Positions 38,074 through 49,830 of a DNA stretch of 64,000 nt are shown in pieces. Origin of the DNA: Octopus sinensis (Eukaryota); the NCBI RefSeq assembly GCF_006345805.1, contig NC_042997.1:144274001-144338000 (forward strand), in the 5' to 3' direction. Below the pieces are notes generated by a model, which was not told where the DNA came from, did not search any database, and worked only from the letters and a program-made list of their open reading frames with translations. The translations under genes were made by a program, and so were the position numbers. How positions within the stretch are numbered: the stretch's first letter is position 1; the number at the start of each line of letters is the position of its first letter.

Positions 38074-38502
38074 CTAACACTTTGTCATTCAGATTACTTT
38101 CTCAATACTTATTTTCATTGTTTTGAATTACGAGGGGATGTTGAAAAGTTCCTGGCTTTGGGTAAAAGAAAATACTGGCAGATTAGTTAATTATGATTTT
38201 ATTCAACATGTTCCCCTCTCAAATTCGCACTTATTGCAGTGGTCCTTCAGTTTTTCTAAACCCTGTAAAAGAACTTGAAAGGTTTGGCCTCCAACTGGGC
38301 CTTTCGTGACATCTTTAAAGTCAAGAACTTTTCAGCTCCTCTTTGTAATCATACATTGTCATGTAGCATTAAGATTTTGATAAAGTGATTATTTTAAAAA
38401 TCACTTCGTACGGTAAATGTGAGGGGGCTGGATCTAACCAGTTTCAACATTAAATACAGTACTTGGATTTGATATGGCTGGTTTAAATACTAAAAGGGTT
38501 AA
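38074..38502 (-). mobile_element. piggyBac-like MITE split by a nested insertion
   Basis: The left part (38074-38130) and right part (38346-38502, ending AAAAGGGTTAA) rejoin to match the 14492 copy. Confidence 0.8.
38131..38345. mobile_element. Tc1/mariner-like MITE with TA target duplication
   Basis: TA|CGAGGGGATGTTGAAAAGTTCCTGGCTTT ... AAAGTCAAGAACTTTTCAGCTCCTCTTTG|TA; imperfect ~29-bp terminal inverted repeats. Confidence 0.85.
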
Positions 38503-38629
38503 ATATGAATTTTTAATAATTTGAGGTCCAGTGACTTAATGCCAGACAAGTGGTTACTTGAAAAGAGTTATCCATTACTTAATTCTATCTTTAATAAGCG
38601 AGGATTCTCAGTTAAAGATATATCTATCA

Positions 38630-38672
<43 letters not shown>

Positions 38673-39450
38673 TGCATACTATTTCTTCTCTCTGAAATGA
38701 ATGAGAAGCTGTAGGGAAAGCATTCAACTGTGAGAATATTGCTGACAAGTGGGTGAGATTTTACAATTGTTCATTTGACATTTTAAAATATTAAAGTCTA
38801 CTTAAATTGATTATATTCTGAAAATATTTAGCTTTTAATTAAACAAATGAATACAGTATACTTTGGTTCCATTTAAATGCTTTTCTCTTCTGAAGCAGCA
38901 AGGAATACAGAAATATATTTAAGAGAATTTTTTTTCTTTAATGAAAAATGATTTAGTTGAAAATTATGAAATTCTGCTCAGTTGTAAAGATTCTCTGTTG
39001 CATTTTTCTATTGTTAACAATCCACAACAGAGTTAATTTGAAAATATTTAATTTAGTCTAAAAATGTCATTTTCCTTAGAACAGATTTTTCATTATTTGA
39101 TTGCTTCTATAAAAAAAAAACTCAAAAATACCATGAATATTTTCTATTTTTTCAAATTTTTGTATTTAATAGCTTAAAATAAAATGCTTCCAGTTTATTG
39201 AATTATCACATTTTCTCTGACACTTTAGATCATTCTAAAGTTGCTAATTATCTACAAAAAGAAATGGAGAATTGGAAGAAGGAAGTCACTTGCTAATATC
39301 TTTTCTAGAAATCGAGTAAAGATTTTGAGGTTTAAGCAATGTATTAAATTTTTAATATGAGAAACTTATCACCCAAAATGTGATGGGTGAAGCAAGAGGG
39401 TTGTGAAAGCAGACTTGGTGGGCTTCTTTATGAAGTGGGTTGGGATTATA

Positions 39451-39756
39451 TTAGTGGTTAGGATATTTGGATCGCAATCTTAAGGTTGTGAGTTTGATAT
39501 CTGGCAGCTCATTTTGTTCTTGAGCAAGACATTTCACATTTCTCCAGTTCACTTGGCTGCCAATGACATATACTGCTATGTACCTGTTATTCAAAGGGCC
39601 AGCGAAATTGCATACTGTGTCACACTGAATCTCCTTGAGAACTATATTAAGAGTACACACCTATGGAGTACTCAACCACTTGCATGCTAATTTTATGAGC
39701 AGCCTCTTTTGTTAATTGGATCAACTGGAATCCTTGTCTTTGTAACTGGAGTGCTA
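39451..39756 (+). mobile_element. SINE family C (tRNA-like head)
   Basis: Collinear with 48830-49140. Confidence 0.85.
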
Positions 39757-39994
39757 GTTTTGCACTGTTTTTAGCAAGTTACATACTTTTCATAGTTTCC
39801 ATCTCAAGGGCAACTATAGAAGGTTGTTTGGTGAATTAATATGATCTAATTCTAAATAAAATGTTTAACAGTAATATGATGGCATTTGTTAGTTTTTGAG
39901 TATGACTAGACACATCGATGCAGATTGACAGTTTATAATTTCCTACATAGTTGCAAATATGAGATCAAATACTGTTATGCTTTAATTTTTTTTC

Positions 39995-40321
39995 TTTCCT
40001 TTACTGGTTTCATTTATTGGTCTAAAGCCATGCAGGGCACTGCCTTGAAGGTTTTAGTCAAACTGTCCCCAACACTTATTCTATTGGTCCCTTTTGCTGA
40101 AACTGTTACACAGATATAAACAAACACTGGTTAAGTGGTGACACACACGCACATGCACAACAGATATGCATGTGATAGGTTTCCATGCACTTTTGGTTCT
40201 CAAAATATTGGTTGACCCAGGGCTATAGTACAAAACACCTAAGGTGCCATGCAGTGGGACTGAACCTGAAATGATGTGGTTGCAAAGTTACCATCTTAAC
40301 CACACACTCATGCCTGCACCT
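39995..40321 (-). mobile_element. Composite SINE: A head plus tail type 1
   Basis: AAGGTGCCATGCAGTGGGACTGAACC...CCACACACTCATGCCTGCACC. Confidence 0.8.
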
Positions 40322-40524
40322 ATTAATTTGGTTTGATTTCATAGTGTTCATAATACTGGTATAGAATATTATATTAGATATTATATTAGACTTAATAGTG
40401 ATAAGTTCTGATTGTTAGAACCTGGCCTTCTTCTGTTTTTTCTTTGGTGTTAAACCAATTCCTTTGATCAAATTAGCTTTGTGTTGTCAACTGCACTACA
40501 TAACACCATAATGCAGATAATTGT

Positions 40525-40720
40525 GGTTTCTAATTCAGGTACAAAGCCGACAATTTTCTGAGGGCGGATGTTAACTGAGACTATTAACTTCAAGTACATT
40601 TTCATTGACTCTAGAAATGAAAGGCAAAGTTAACTTTGCTAGGGTTTGAACTCAAAACGTAAAGTGCCAGAACAAATACAGCAAAGCATTTTTTCTAACG
40701 ATCTAATGATTTTGCCTAAT
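40525..40720 (-). mobile_element. SINE family D
   Basis: GAAATGAAAGGCAAAGTTAACTTTGC...GGTTTGAACTCAAAACGT. Confidence 0.7.
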
Positions 40721-41559
40721 GTGTTAACTGCCTCATGTACCGCCAGTAGTTCATTGCAAACTTCATGAAACTGCCACATGCATCACTGGTGGTACATTTT
40801 CATAATTTGGGAAGATATTTTATTGTGAGCTTTGACAGTTTGAGGATATTTTAAATAACATGAGTGCTAAATATTTTATGAAATATTGTGAAAGTGCACA
40901 AAAAAAAATGGTGCGTGAAATATGTGGCATCACCAGTAAGTTCCAGTACAGACACTGTTAATGTATTAAAATACTGTTATTTCTACAGTTTTCACAGTCA
41001 ATCTGAGTAAGCTACTATGGTTACTTGACCTGCTAGATATAGTATCCAAAGCTCCTTCAAATCACATCCTACTTAAATGCAAGGGTATATAACACAGCTA
41101 ATCCTAAAACCTACAGGATGGCAATGACTGAACTAGTGTTTCTCACATTCCCTTCCTTCTCTTGTGTTCACTTAAAGCTTGTTTGTACAGGTATTTATCC
41201 TAAAATCCACTAGGATGTTGACCCTCGTTAAATACTTACGTTCCATGTATTTAATTACCTTAGTGACGCTTATGTGTCGCGTTTGTGGGCAGGATGCCTA
41301 TAATTATAAAGGACTGTCAGATTAGCCATATAAATGAAAAGAAGTGACAGTTAACTGAATCATGAACTTATACCATGATCTCATTCCTACACCTACTCAC
41401 TGGTTTCTATTTTAATTCTCTTTAGTTTAAATCCTACCAAGGGTTGCTTTTCTTCCAGGGTCAGTAAAATTAGTACCAACTGAATACTGTAGTTGATTTA
41501 AATGACTGCTCATCATAATATTAGTGTTTACTTTTGTCATGCTTGCATTAGTCAGGTTA

Positions 41560-41900
41560 GAATTGGGGAAGATTTTCTATGACCAGATGCCCTTCCTGTT
41601 ATCAACTGTTACCTGATTCTAAGCAAGGAAATATTTCTCCATAGCCACACATGTTTATACAGAATATTGGAAACAAATAATATCCATTTACAACAATGTG
41701 AGGACAAAAAAAAATAGACGCGAACACTCTAACAAACATACATTTTATGTGTATATATTTGGGCTTTTGGTTTCTTTCTACCAAATCTACTCATAAAGCT
41801 TTGGTTAGAAGATACCTGCTCAAAATGCCATGCATTGGGACTGAACCTAAAATCATATGGTTGGTAAAGAAACTTCTCAACCATACAGCCATACCTGCAC
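41560..41900 (-). mobile_element. Composite SINE: A head plus tail type 2
   Basis: CCAGATGCCCTTCCTG core; GGGACTGAACC; CCATACAGCCATACCTGCAC. Confidence 0.75.
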
Positions 41901-42699
41901 TTATAAATTTGTGACCCTCCCCTATAAACTTGTATTCTTGTGATTAAATAAGAAATCAATATTTTGTTTCAGTGTTTTCTGTTTAGATCTGAGAATGGTA
42001 ATTTCAATTTACTGATAATTTTTCTTCACTTTCAGTTTTTCTTTTTTTTTTTTTTTTTTGGTTTTATATTTGTCATTCCTAAAGGACAGGTTGGAGAATG
42101 TAACAAGTATTTACAGTAATTACATTGCATAACACCATCACTTTCCCTTCCTCAACACTTACATTGAAATTTTGACATTAATCTCTTTAAGCATGACATT
42201 TCTAACACGACACTTGAAATCTAAAATGAGCTTGTAGAGGCTCTAGGAGAAATTTTTGTTTTCCCTAAACGATTTGGAATTTAGTTAATTGATCCCTTTT
42301 CAACTACAGCCTTTGTTGTTGATGTTTTAAGACAACTCATACACTTGAAGTGGAACTTGGTATTTTCATAAACTATTAGTTCTAGTTATACAGTTGAAAT
42401 TTTGTCTAGTTTCCTTAGTTTTTCTTACATGAAGAACACTTGATGTTTGTGCCTAGTTCGTTCATAACTTCTCATTTTAAATCTTTCTATTTAGCCTCTT
42501 TGAGACAAGCATGAACATGGCACATTTTGTTTTAGTTATTCTTGTTCCATTCTTTTTGGATAGCCACACCTGTCAGTTCAGGACATGAGTTTCCAGTTGT
42601 TTGACAAGACAACCTGCTGTTTGAAATTAGCATGTGAAGTGACCAATAGTCCACTGACACACATATTTATGTAATACTCATATTTATGTAATACTCAGG

Positions 42700-43090
42700 T
42701 TGAATCAATTTGATGGGTATGACAATGTTAGTTATGAAACTTGGATACTGTTTATCCAGTTTACTTATGTTTGTTTCCATCTTCCAAATTTCACTGAAAG
42801 TTTGGGTTGACTTGGTAAACAAGTTGTCAAAAGAATTTTGGGGTTTATTAACTTCATCCTTTATTTTTAATTTTATAGTCAGAGGAAGAATGGCAATACA
42901 CAGAAGCTATTTAATGGTTAGGCAAGGAGTTATCCTCAGATTGAAACCTGACTAGAATGCTTACATCATAGTGGACTCCTACAAAAAGTATTCAAGGATT
43001 AGATGTCTGTTAAATCCACCACCAAAGATTAAAATCTCTGTATGAACAAGACTGGTTCTCTCCAGTATGATTCCAAACCATTTCCATCTA
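42700..43090. mobile_element. Possible LINE 5'/ORF1 fragment
   Basis: The - strand has a ~57-codon open stretch (DEVNKPQNSF...IWKMETNISKLDKQY...). The adjacent sequence resembles a repeat I recall from octopus, unverified. Confidence 0.3.
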
Positions 43091-44527
43091 ACAAACTTCA
43101 TTCTGTAGTTTAAAAATGAACGTCATAACCACTATCTTTTGATATGAAAGATATTTTTAAACATTGCTGTCTACACATTTAAATATGTACTGTTTTTGTT
43201 TGTGTACTTTCTTATTCTCTTGCCCTTGTAAATTTTTAGCTTTGTTGATAATTATCTAAATAAAACTAACCTTTCAAGAGTTATTTTATCTCCTGAAATA
43301 ACTTAATAGATAATCCAAGAACTGTTTAGAATGATGGTTTGGTATGTTCTCAAACTGGATTGTATATTTTTTTTCAGTACTTCAAAAATATTAGTTTCTT
43401 TTGATAGCAGAGTTGTTAATGCTATAATAGGGAATGTAAGCTTTCCCTTTTTTTCTTTTCTTTGCAATGTTTCAGTGGCATTCAACTAGTATTAGCGTTA
43501 ACAGCTAAGACTCCAATTGCTAACTGGACTGAGCTTGTTTTTCCTTAATATATAAACTCTAAAATTCATAGGCAGCTTTATTTTTTTCTCTTTAAAAGTG
43601 AACTGTTAAAAAGAAAATGTGGTGGTGGGTGGGGGATAATTTATAAATATGAAGCTGGCCGACATTTGTTGGAAAATTACAATGATATTATTATAACTAT
43701 GACCTTCTATCCAGCATAAAACAATTATAAGAAAACAGTATGGTATTTTAAAGGTCTGGTAATTTTATATTAGTGCTTTACATTAACGACACTTAATACT
43801 GTAGATGTAACTATGTTGCTGTGAGTGTGAGATATATATATATGCTGCCAAATGTGTTATTGAGTACTATTACAAGAATAGATTGGCCTATGTCTGACAT
43901 TATCAGTATCCAATTTAATATAACAAGATCAGAATGCTTTATTCTTATCAAACACTTTAAATGGTTTTGTATATTGGTTTGTTGTAGAAACATTTTCAAA
44001 TTCTAAGATATCTTCATTTTTCCCTCCTCCTCTTCCTTATGAACATTTTTTTTTTCTTCCTTGTTTTGTGCTCCATCCAAGTAATACCTTTTGTGTTTAT
44101 GGCAGCAGATATTAGAAATGTCATTTGTCTAGCAAGTATTTGGCTGACTTTTGACTCTTGGAATAAAAGCAAAACAATACTACACAAATCAGCACTCTGA
44201 ATATCTTATTTAGATTTCCTGCACTTCATGGTTGCCAGAAAAGCAAAAGAAAAAACTCACTATCCATTACAGTATCACTGTTTTATTTTTTTATTTTTTT
44301 TTTTTTTGGAACTTTTTCCCAATGTTGGAGAAGTTGGTGTTAAAAGTTGTTTGTGCTTGTGTTTACTTTTGCTGTTTAACTGCTTGCATCAGTTACTTCA
44401 GAACAAAGAATTTAAGTAATGCATAATGCTCTAACAATTGTGCAAGATATTTTTTTCCCCTAGTGATGAATACATTCTCCTACCCAAATTTAAATCCTTT
44501 AATGAAGAGCTCTGTCATAGAATGTGA

Positions 44528-44800
44528 AGGCATGTGGCTTGGTGGTTACAATGTTGTACTCATGATTGTGAGATTGTGGTTTCAATTCTCAGGCTAGGCA
44601 GTGCATTGTGTTCTTTAACAAAACAATTTATTTCATGTTGCTCTGCAATCACTTTGACATTTGATGTGTAGTGCACCTGTACAAGCAATGTCAATTGGAT
44701 GGAGAAAGTGAGCTAATATACATTACAAACATTTGATGTATATAAACAAAAGTATCTGTGCAGGTTGTTCAGCGACTAATTGTGTAACTCTCCTCTGTTT
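44528..44800 (+). mobile_element. SINE with family C-type head and a divergent body
   Basis: GGCATGTGGCTTGGTGGTTA...GGTTTCAATTC head. Confidence 0.65.
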
Positions 44801-44809
44801 ATGACAGTC

Positions 44810-44845
<36 letters not shown>

Positions 44846-44846
<1 letters not shown>

Positions 44847-45032
44847 TATAAGGGAAAGGTTGACAGTGACGAAGTTTCAGTCTGCTTGTCTTCATCAGAC
44901 TGTACTTTCTTAGGTTCTGTTTGGCTTTGTATTAGTCCTTCAAGTTTTCTTTTTTGGTCTTCCAAACCTGAGTGGAATAGTTTTGTGATGATCAGCAAGC
45001 CAAAACTTAAGTCACTGTCAGCTTTTTTCCTT
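44846..45032 (-). CDS. Candidate terminal coding exon on the antisense strand
   Basis: Acceptor-like ATTTACTTTTAG, then 1 nt plus 61 codons (RKKADSDLSFGLLIITKLFHSGLEDQKRKLEGLIQSQTEPKKVQSDEDKQTETSSLSTFPL) and TAA. No homology recognised. Confidence 0.2.
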
Positions 45033-45450
45033 CTAAAAGTAAATATGTATTCTAGTAAAAAATACTGAGTAATCCTTTAGTTTACTTTTAAATTTTGTTT
45101 TTACTTCAAGTTATGCATAAAAACAATTCAGTACATGTGCACACATATGGTGTATTGGTAGAATTATTAATGCTAGGTAAATTTCTCTATGGTATTTGTT
45201 CCTGCTCTTTATGTTCAGTGTTCAAATACCACCAAGGGTGATAAAATCCAGGTACCTGTCAAGTACTGGTATTGTTATAATCGACTGTTAGATCTATGCC
45301 AACCTGCAGTAGGTTAGCATATTAGTGTGATCAAAGTTGAATCTTATAATTTAATATCATTTAACTTCGGCCACACCAGTTTTTTTAGAATTCCAAACTG
45401 GTTTACAGTAATCAATGTGAAAATTTACCAAAAGTAGAATAAATAAATAT

Positions 45451-45800
45451 AGGTGCAGGAGTGGCTGTGTGGTAAGTAGCTTGCTTACCAACCACATGGT
45501 TCTGGGTTTAGTCCCACTGCGTGCAGCTTGGGCAAATGTCTTCTATGGCCTCGGGCTGACCAAAGCCCTGAGTGGATTTGATAGATGGAAACTTGAAGAA
45601 GCTCGTGTGTGTGTATGTATATGTGTCTGTTTGTCCCCCTCCCCCTTGCTTGACAACCAATGTGTTTACGTCCCTATGACTTAGCAGTTCATTAAAAGAG
45701 ACTGATAGGATAAGTACTAGGCTTAGAAAAAATAAGTCCTGAGGTCGATTTGTTCGACTAAAGGCGGTGCTCCAGCATGGCCAGTCAAATGACTGAAACA
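45451..45800 (+). mobile_element. Young composite SINE: A head plus tail type 1
   Basis: AGGTGCAGGAGTGGCTGTGTGGTAAGTAGC...AAGGCGGTGCTCCAGCATGGCC...GACTGAAAC. Confidence 0.92.
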
Positions 45801-46904
45801 AAAAAAAAGAAAAGAATTTCACTTTCTGTGAAAATGAATGTGAAAAGTAAGTCTAAGGAAATGTGTTAGATATTTATATAAGTGATGGATATATTGATAA
45901 AATATCTCGTTAATGGCAATAGTGACTATAGCGATTCACTGTTACTTCACCATTTTCTACAGCATTTAATCATTATAATGATTTTTGCCAGTTAGGAATT
46001 TTGAAACAATATGACAGTCTGAGATGTCTATTGATTTTTTTTTTTTTTTGTTGTTTTTAATTTTTAATTATTTTTCCTGATAATATTGGTGTGAATGACA
46101 TAGTTTGTGATTGTTTGGGATCATAAAATGGCATTTGAAATATGCTGTAGTAGCATTACAAATAAGTACTCTTTGTTGATATAAATAAATAATATTCCTT
46201 AACCAATTTGTTTAAGTAAATAATTAATATTTCTAATTTTGTTTCTAAATTAATGTTAGAAAACTTCATTTTGTTAAGGGATAGGATGTATCCAAATTGA
46301 AATATAAATATTTGATGATACAAACTAGATGTGCTGGATCTCAAACTACCCTGTAGATCACAAAAAGCTAAACTTCTTTGTTAGCAGAGCCTGCATGTAT
46401 GGTTTCAGTTGATATTAATACCAGCAAGGAAGGTGATTATTAACAGCATGTCCAGTTAGTCCTATATATAAATGCAGTCTCCTGTTCAGTTACAGTAAAT
46501 TGTTAGCTAACATGTATTAAATGAATGAGATTAAATACATGTAATATGTGAGTGGGTGAGTAGTTTCCAACATTCTCTGATTACTTCCATTTTTGTGTTT
46601 ATGTAAGTATATTTATGAATAATTAACATAATTGTTTCATTGAAAATAGCAGTAATGGAACAATGATTTGGATATTTTTTTTTTTTTTTTTTGCCATTTT
46701 GAAATTGTATTTCCCATTTTTATGAATTAATCTCGATAAAGTAATTTGATCATTCACTTCTATGAGTAATTGGAAATAGATGTAGCGTTTTTTTTTTTTT
46801 AATGTTAACAATCTTCATTTTCATTTTTGAAAACTAGATTACAATAATAGCTGTTTCTCTTTATATAATTCAAGGTAAATAATGAATTTGTTGTGCAATA
46901 AGAT

Positions 46905-47290
46905 GCATGCATGGCTGTGTGATTGGGAATCACCTCATAACCCTTTACTTTTAAACTCATTCCAATTGCATGCACTTTTTTAAGCAACTGTCTCCTCAAA
47001 CCCTGGTCCAAACAAAGCTTTGTGTGTGGATTTGATAGAAGGAAACTGAGAGAAGCTTGTGTGTGTGTCTCATCTTGGCATTGTGCTAATTGTACACAAA
47101 ATGACCATCACTGAATGTCTTTGTTTGCAATTTTCTGTGAAGACATCTGTCCACTCAGCTGTTCATGTTTGAGAACTTCAGGAAATATTACCTGCTTGGC
47201 AGCAGGAAAACTATCCAGGTGTAGAAAAATCTGCCTCAACAAATTTCATCTAAATTATGCAAACATTTAAGTGGGCATTAAAAGGATGAT
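46905..47290 (+). mobile_element. Composite SINE: A head plus tail type 2 (old)
   Basis: GCATGGCTGTGTG head; GAAATATTACCTGCTTGG; AAAATCTGCCTCAAC. Confidence 0.65.
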
Positions 47291-47745
47291 GAATAAAATA
47301 CTCTGTACTAGTAGCATCCAATTTCTTTTAGCTATATCGACCTATAAAATACTTAACAAAAAATAACACTTGTCCATAATAAGGAATGAGATTGTTGTAG
47401 GTGTCTAGAGAAATCACCAGTGTAGTTATTTGCCCTTAGTTGTAGGGAAAGCAGAAATGATGTGATGTTAGTACTAAACTGTTGATGATACTGAAATTTT
47501 ATACATCCTTCTGTAGATATGCATTTGCTTTATGTAATGTAAGGAAGATGACATTTATATCCACTTGTCTTGATACAAGTGTTTGTTTCTCTGCATGATC
47601 ATTTCCTTAACATATGAGCAACAATGCTTGTGAAAATTCTTGTGATAATTGATGGGAATGAATATCCAAATTTGCAAGAAACCATACCTTTCTTCCATCT
47701 TGATGAACAGATAATAGGCACTAACTGATTTATGGCTTAATTATT

Positions 47746-47930
47746 GGAGGGGAGGGAGTACCAGTGATCTGTTTTGCAAGGCACCCAAGATCTGGTGCAG
47801 GTGAGGGAGGGAGGGAATGCAAGTGACCTTTTTGCAGACCACCCAAGATCCAGTGGAGGGGAGGGAGTGTTTGTGGATTTTTTTCCTTTTAGTAGAACAT
47901 CCAAGATCTGGTGGAAGATGGGAGGAAGAT
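47746..47930 (+). repeat. Degenerate 58-bp minisatellite, about 3 units
   Basis: CCAAGATC at 47785, 47843 and 47901, with GGAGGGGAGGGAG-type blocks between. Confidence 0.8.
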
Positions 47931-48829
47931 TTTGGTATTCTCAAACTGGAGGGTTGGTTCTGATGCTTTACGGTTAAATGAACTCTGATAATGGCACCTG
48001 AGGTGGGGGTGTTGTCAAACAGTGATAGATTAGGTTTACTACCCAGCTGAATTAAGTTTTACTTTAGGGTTGATTAGTTTAGATATTAACGAGATATTCA
48101 TCAACGTTACACACCTAAAAGTGATCTAATCTTCAATTCCTTGTTTTGCAAAGTTATGATCTATTTGACTATGTGCCAATCTCATTGTTGGAATTTATTA
48201 AAATTAAAAACAATATGCATTTATTAAAGGAGTTTGTTATGAAGGCATTTGACTATTTTTTTAGACAACTGTTTTTAAATCTCTGGTAAATGCTTCATAT
48301 GGATACAGTTACTGCCTTCAGTTGCGTTAATAATAAATGGCACAAACTGTTATATAAGGTAGTTAATCAAATAGGATCTAATTTCTAACAGTTTCTGTGG
48401 TATATTAGACTAAATGAGCTTGATGGATGGCATTTTTTTGTAGCACAGAAGTAATTATTGGAAATATCTTTTCCCTTTTAAAATATTTCAATTCTCTCGC
48501 TCTTAAATTATATAACCACATAGTAATGTGGCTACAAATATTTGCTTTGCAACTTTGTGGATCCAGCTTTGATATACTGTGCAATGCTTTTAGCAAGAGC
48601 TTTTCTAATAGTGTTGGATGGTTAACTAATGCCTGGTGGGTGGAATTTGGTAAATGAAAACTGCAGAATGCTATTGTTTGCATGTGTGTATACACAGACA
48701 TATATGCATTCGTGTATGTTTACATTTGTTGTAAAACCAGTAATTAGGTTTCTTTTGTGTCATTACTTAGCAATAACCTAACCAACCCATGTCAGTATGG
48801 AAAAGTGGATGTAAGAGGATTTTAGTGAT

Positions 48830-49140
48830 GGCATGTGGCTTCATGGTTAGGGTATTTGGCTTACGATCATAAGGTTTTGAGTTCAATCCTCAGTGATGCG
48901 TTGTCTTTGAGCAAGGCAGTTTATTTCGTGTTGTTCCAGTCCACTCAGCTGGCAAAAATACCTGTATTTCAAAGGATCAGCCTTGTCACACTCTGTGTTA
49001 TGCTGAATCTCCCTGAGAGCTTACTTTAAGGGTACATGTGTTTATGGAGTGCTCAGCTGTTAGCACATTAATTTCATGAACAGGCTGTTCTGTTGATCAA
49101 ATGAACTGGAACCCTTGTCGTCATAACTGACGAAATGCCA
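48830..49140 (+). mobile_element. SINE family C
   Basis: tRNA-like A/B boxes (TGGCTTCATGGTTAGG; GAGTTCAATCC); collinear with 39451. Confidence 0.88.
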
Positions 49141-49376
49141 GTTATATACACATAAAGGCACTTATTGCGAATCATTTTGAAAATGTGGCATTTTAATCCT
49201 GCAGAGGAGGAAATGTGCAGTTGATTAGTCTTGACAAATGATGCTAAAGGTAAAACTAGCTTTATGTAAAGGATTTTCCATTTTTCTTCCTCTTGGTCAG
49301 ATTTACAATGACCCTGAAAAAATCGGAGTAAATTTCCACTTGCCTCACTTCAAATCTTCAATATTCGTAACCAAAT

Positions 49377-49480
49377 ATACTGGCTTTGACTGTATATATA
49401 CTAAATTTGGAATGTTATAGAGATTAGCATGGCTCCTGTGCAAGGTTGACGTGCAAATTCGTGACTCATTCCATATTTTT
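49377..49480 (+). pseudogene. U6: Full-length decayed U6 snRNA copy
   Basis: ATACTGGCTTTGACTGTATATATACTAAATTTGGAATGTTATAGAGATTAGCATGGCTCCTGTGCAAGGTTGACGTGCAAATTCGTGACTCATTCCATATTTTT aligns end to end with metazoan U6. ACAGAGA is mutated, with a 3-nt deletion at the adjacent AGAAGA. Confidence 0.93.
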
Positions 49481-49629
49481 CAATGAGGTGGTGCTCAATG
49501 AGCCATGCTGGCTGTTTTTGCTTATGATTTAAATGGATTACTTACCCGTTTTTCAAGCTGCCAAAAAAAAAAAAAAAGGAAATATTGGTGGTAGTGATTC
49601 TCCTTTCTCTCAGATTTATTACTTAACAT

Positions 49630-49830
49630 CTAACTCAATATTGGCTTCAGATTTTGGTACAAGGCCAGTAATTTTGGCAGAAGGGGGCCAGTTGATTACA
49701 AGGGCTCAACTGGTACTTATTTGACACCCCCCCCCCCAAGGATGTGAAAGGCAAACTAAACCTTGGCAGAATTCGAACTTGGAGCATACAGACGAAATGC
49801 TGGTTGGTGTTCTCCCTGTTGTGGTAACAA
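49630..49830 (-). mobile_element. SINE family D
   Basis: GTGAAAGGCAAACTAAACCTTGGCAGAATTCGAACT. Confidence 0.7.

Noticed and set aside
46347-46359. TACCCTGTAGATC, identical to the 5' 13 nt of miR-10
   Set aside because: The remainder diverges from mature miR-10, and I see no complementary star arm or precursor hairpin.
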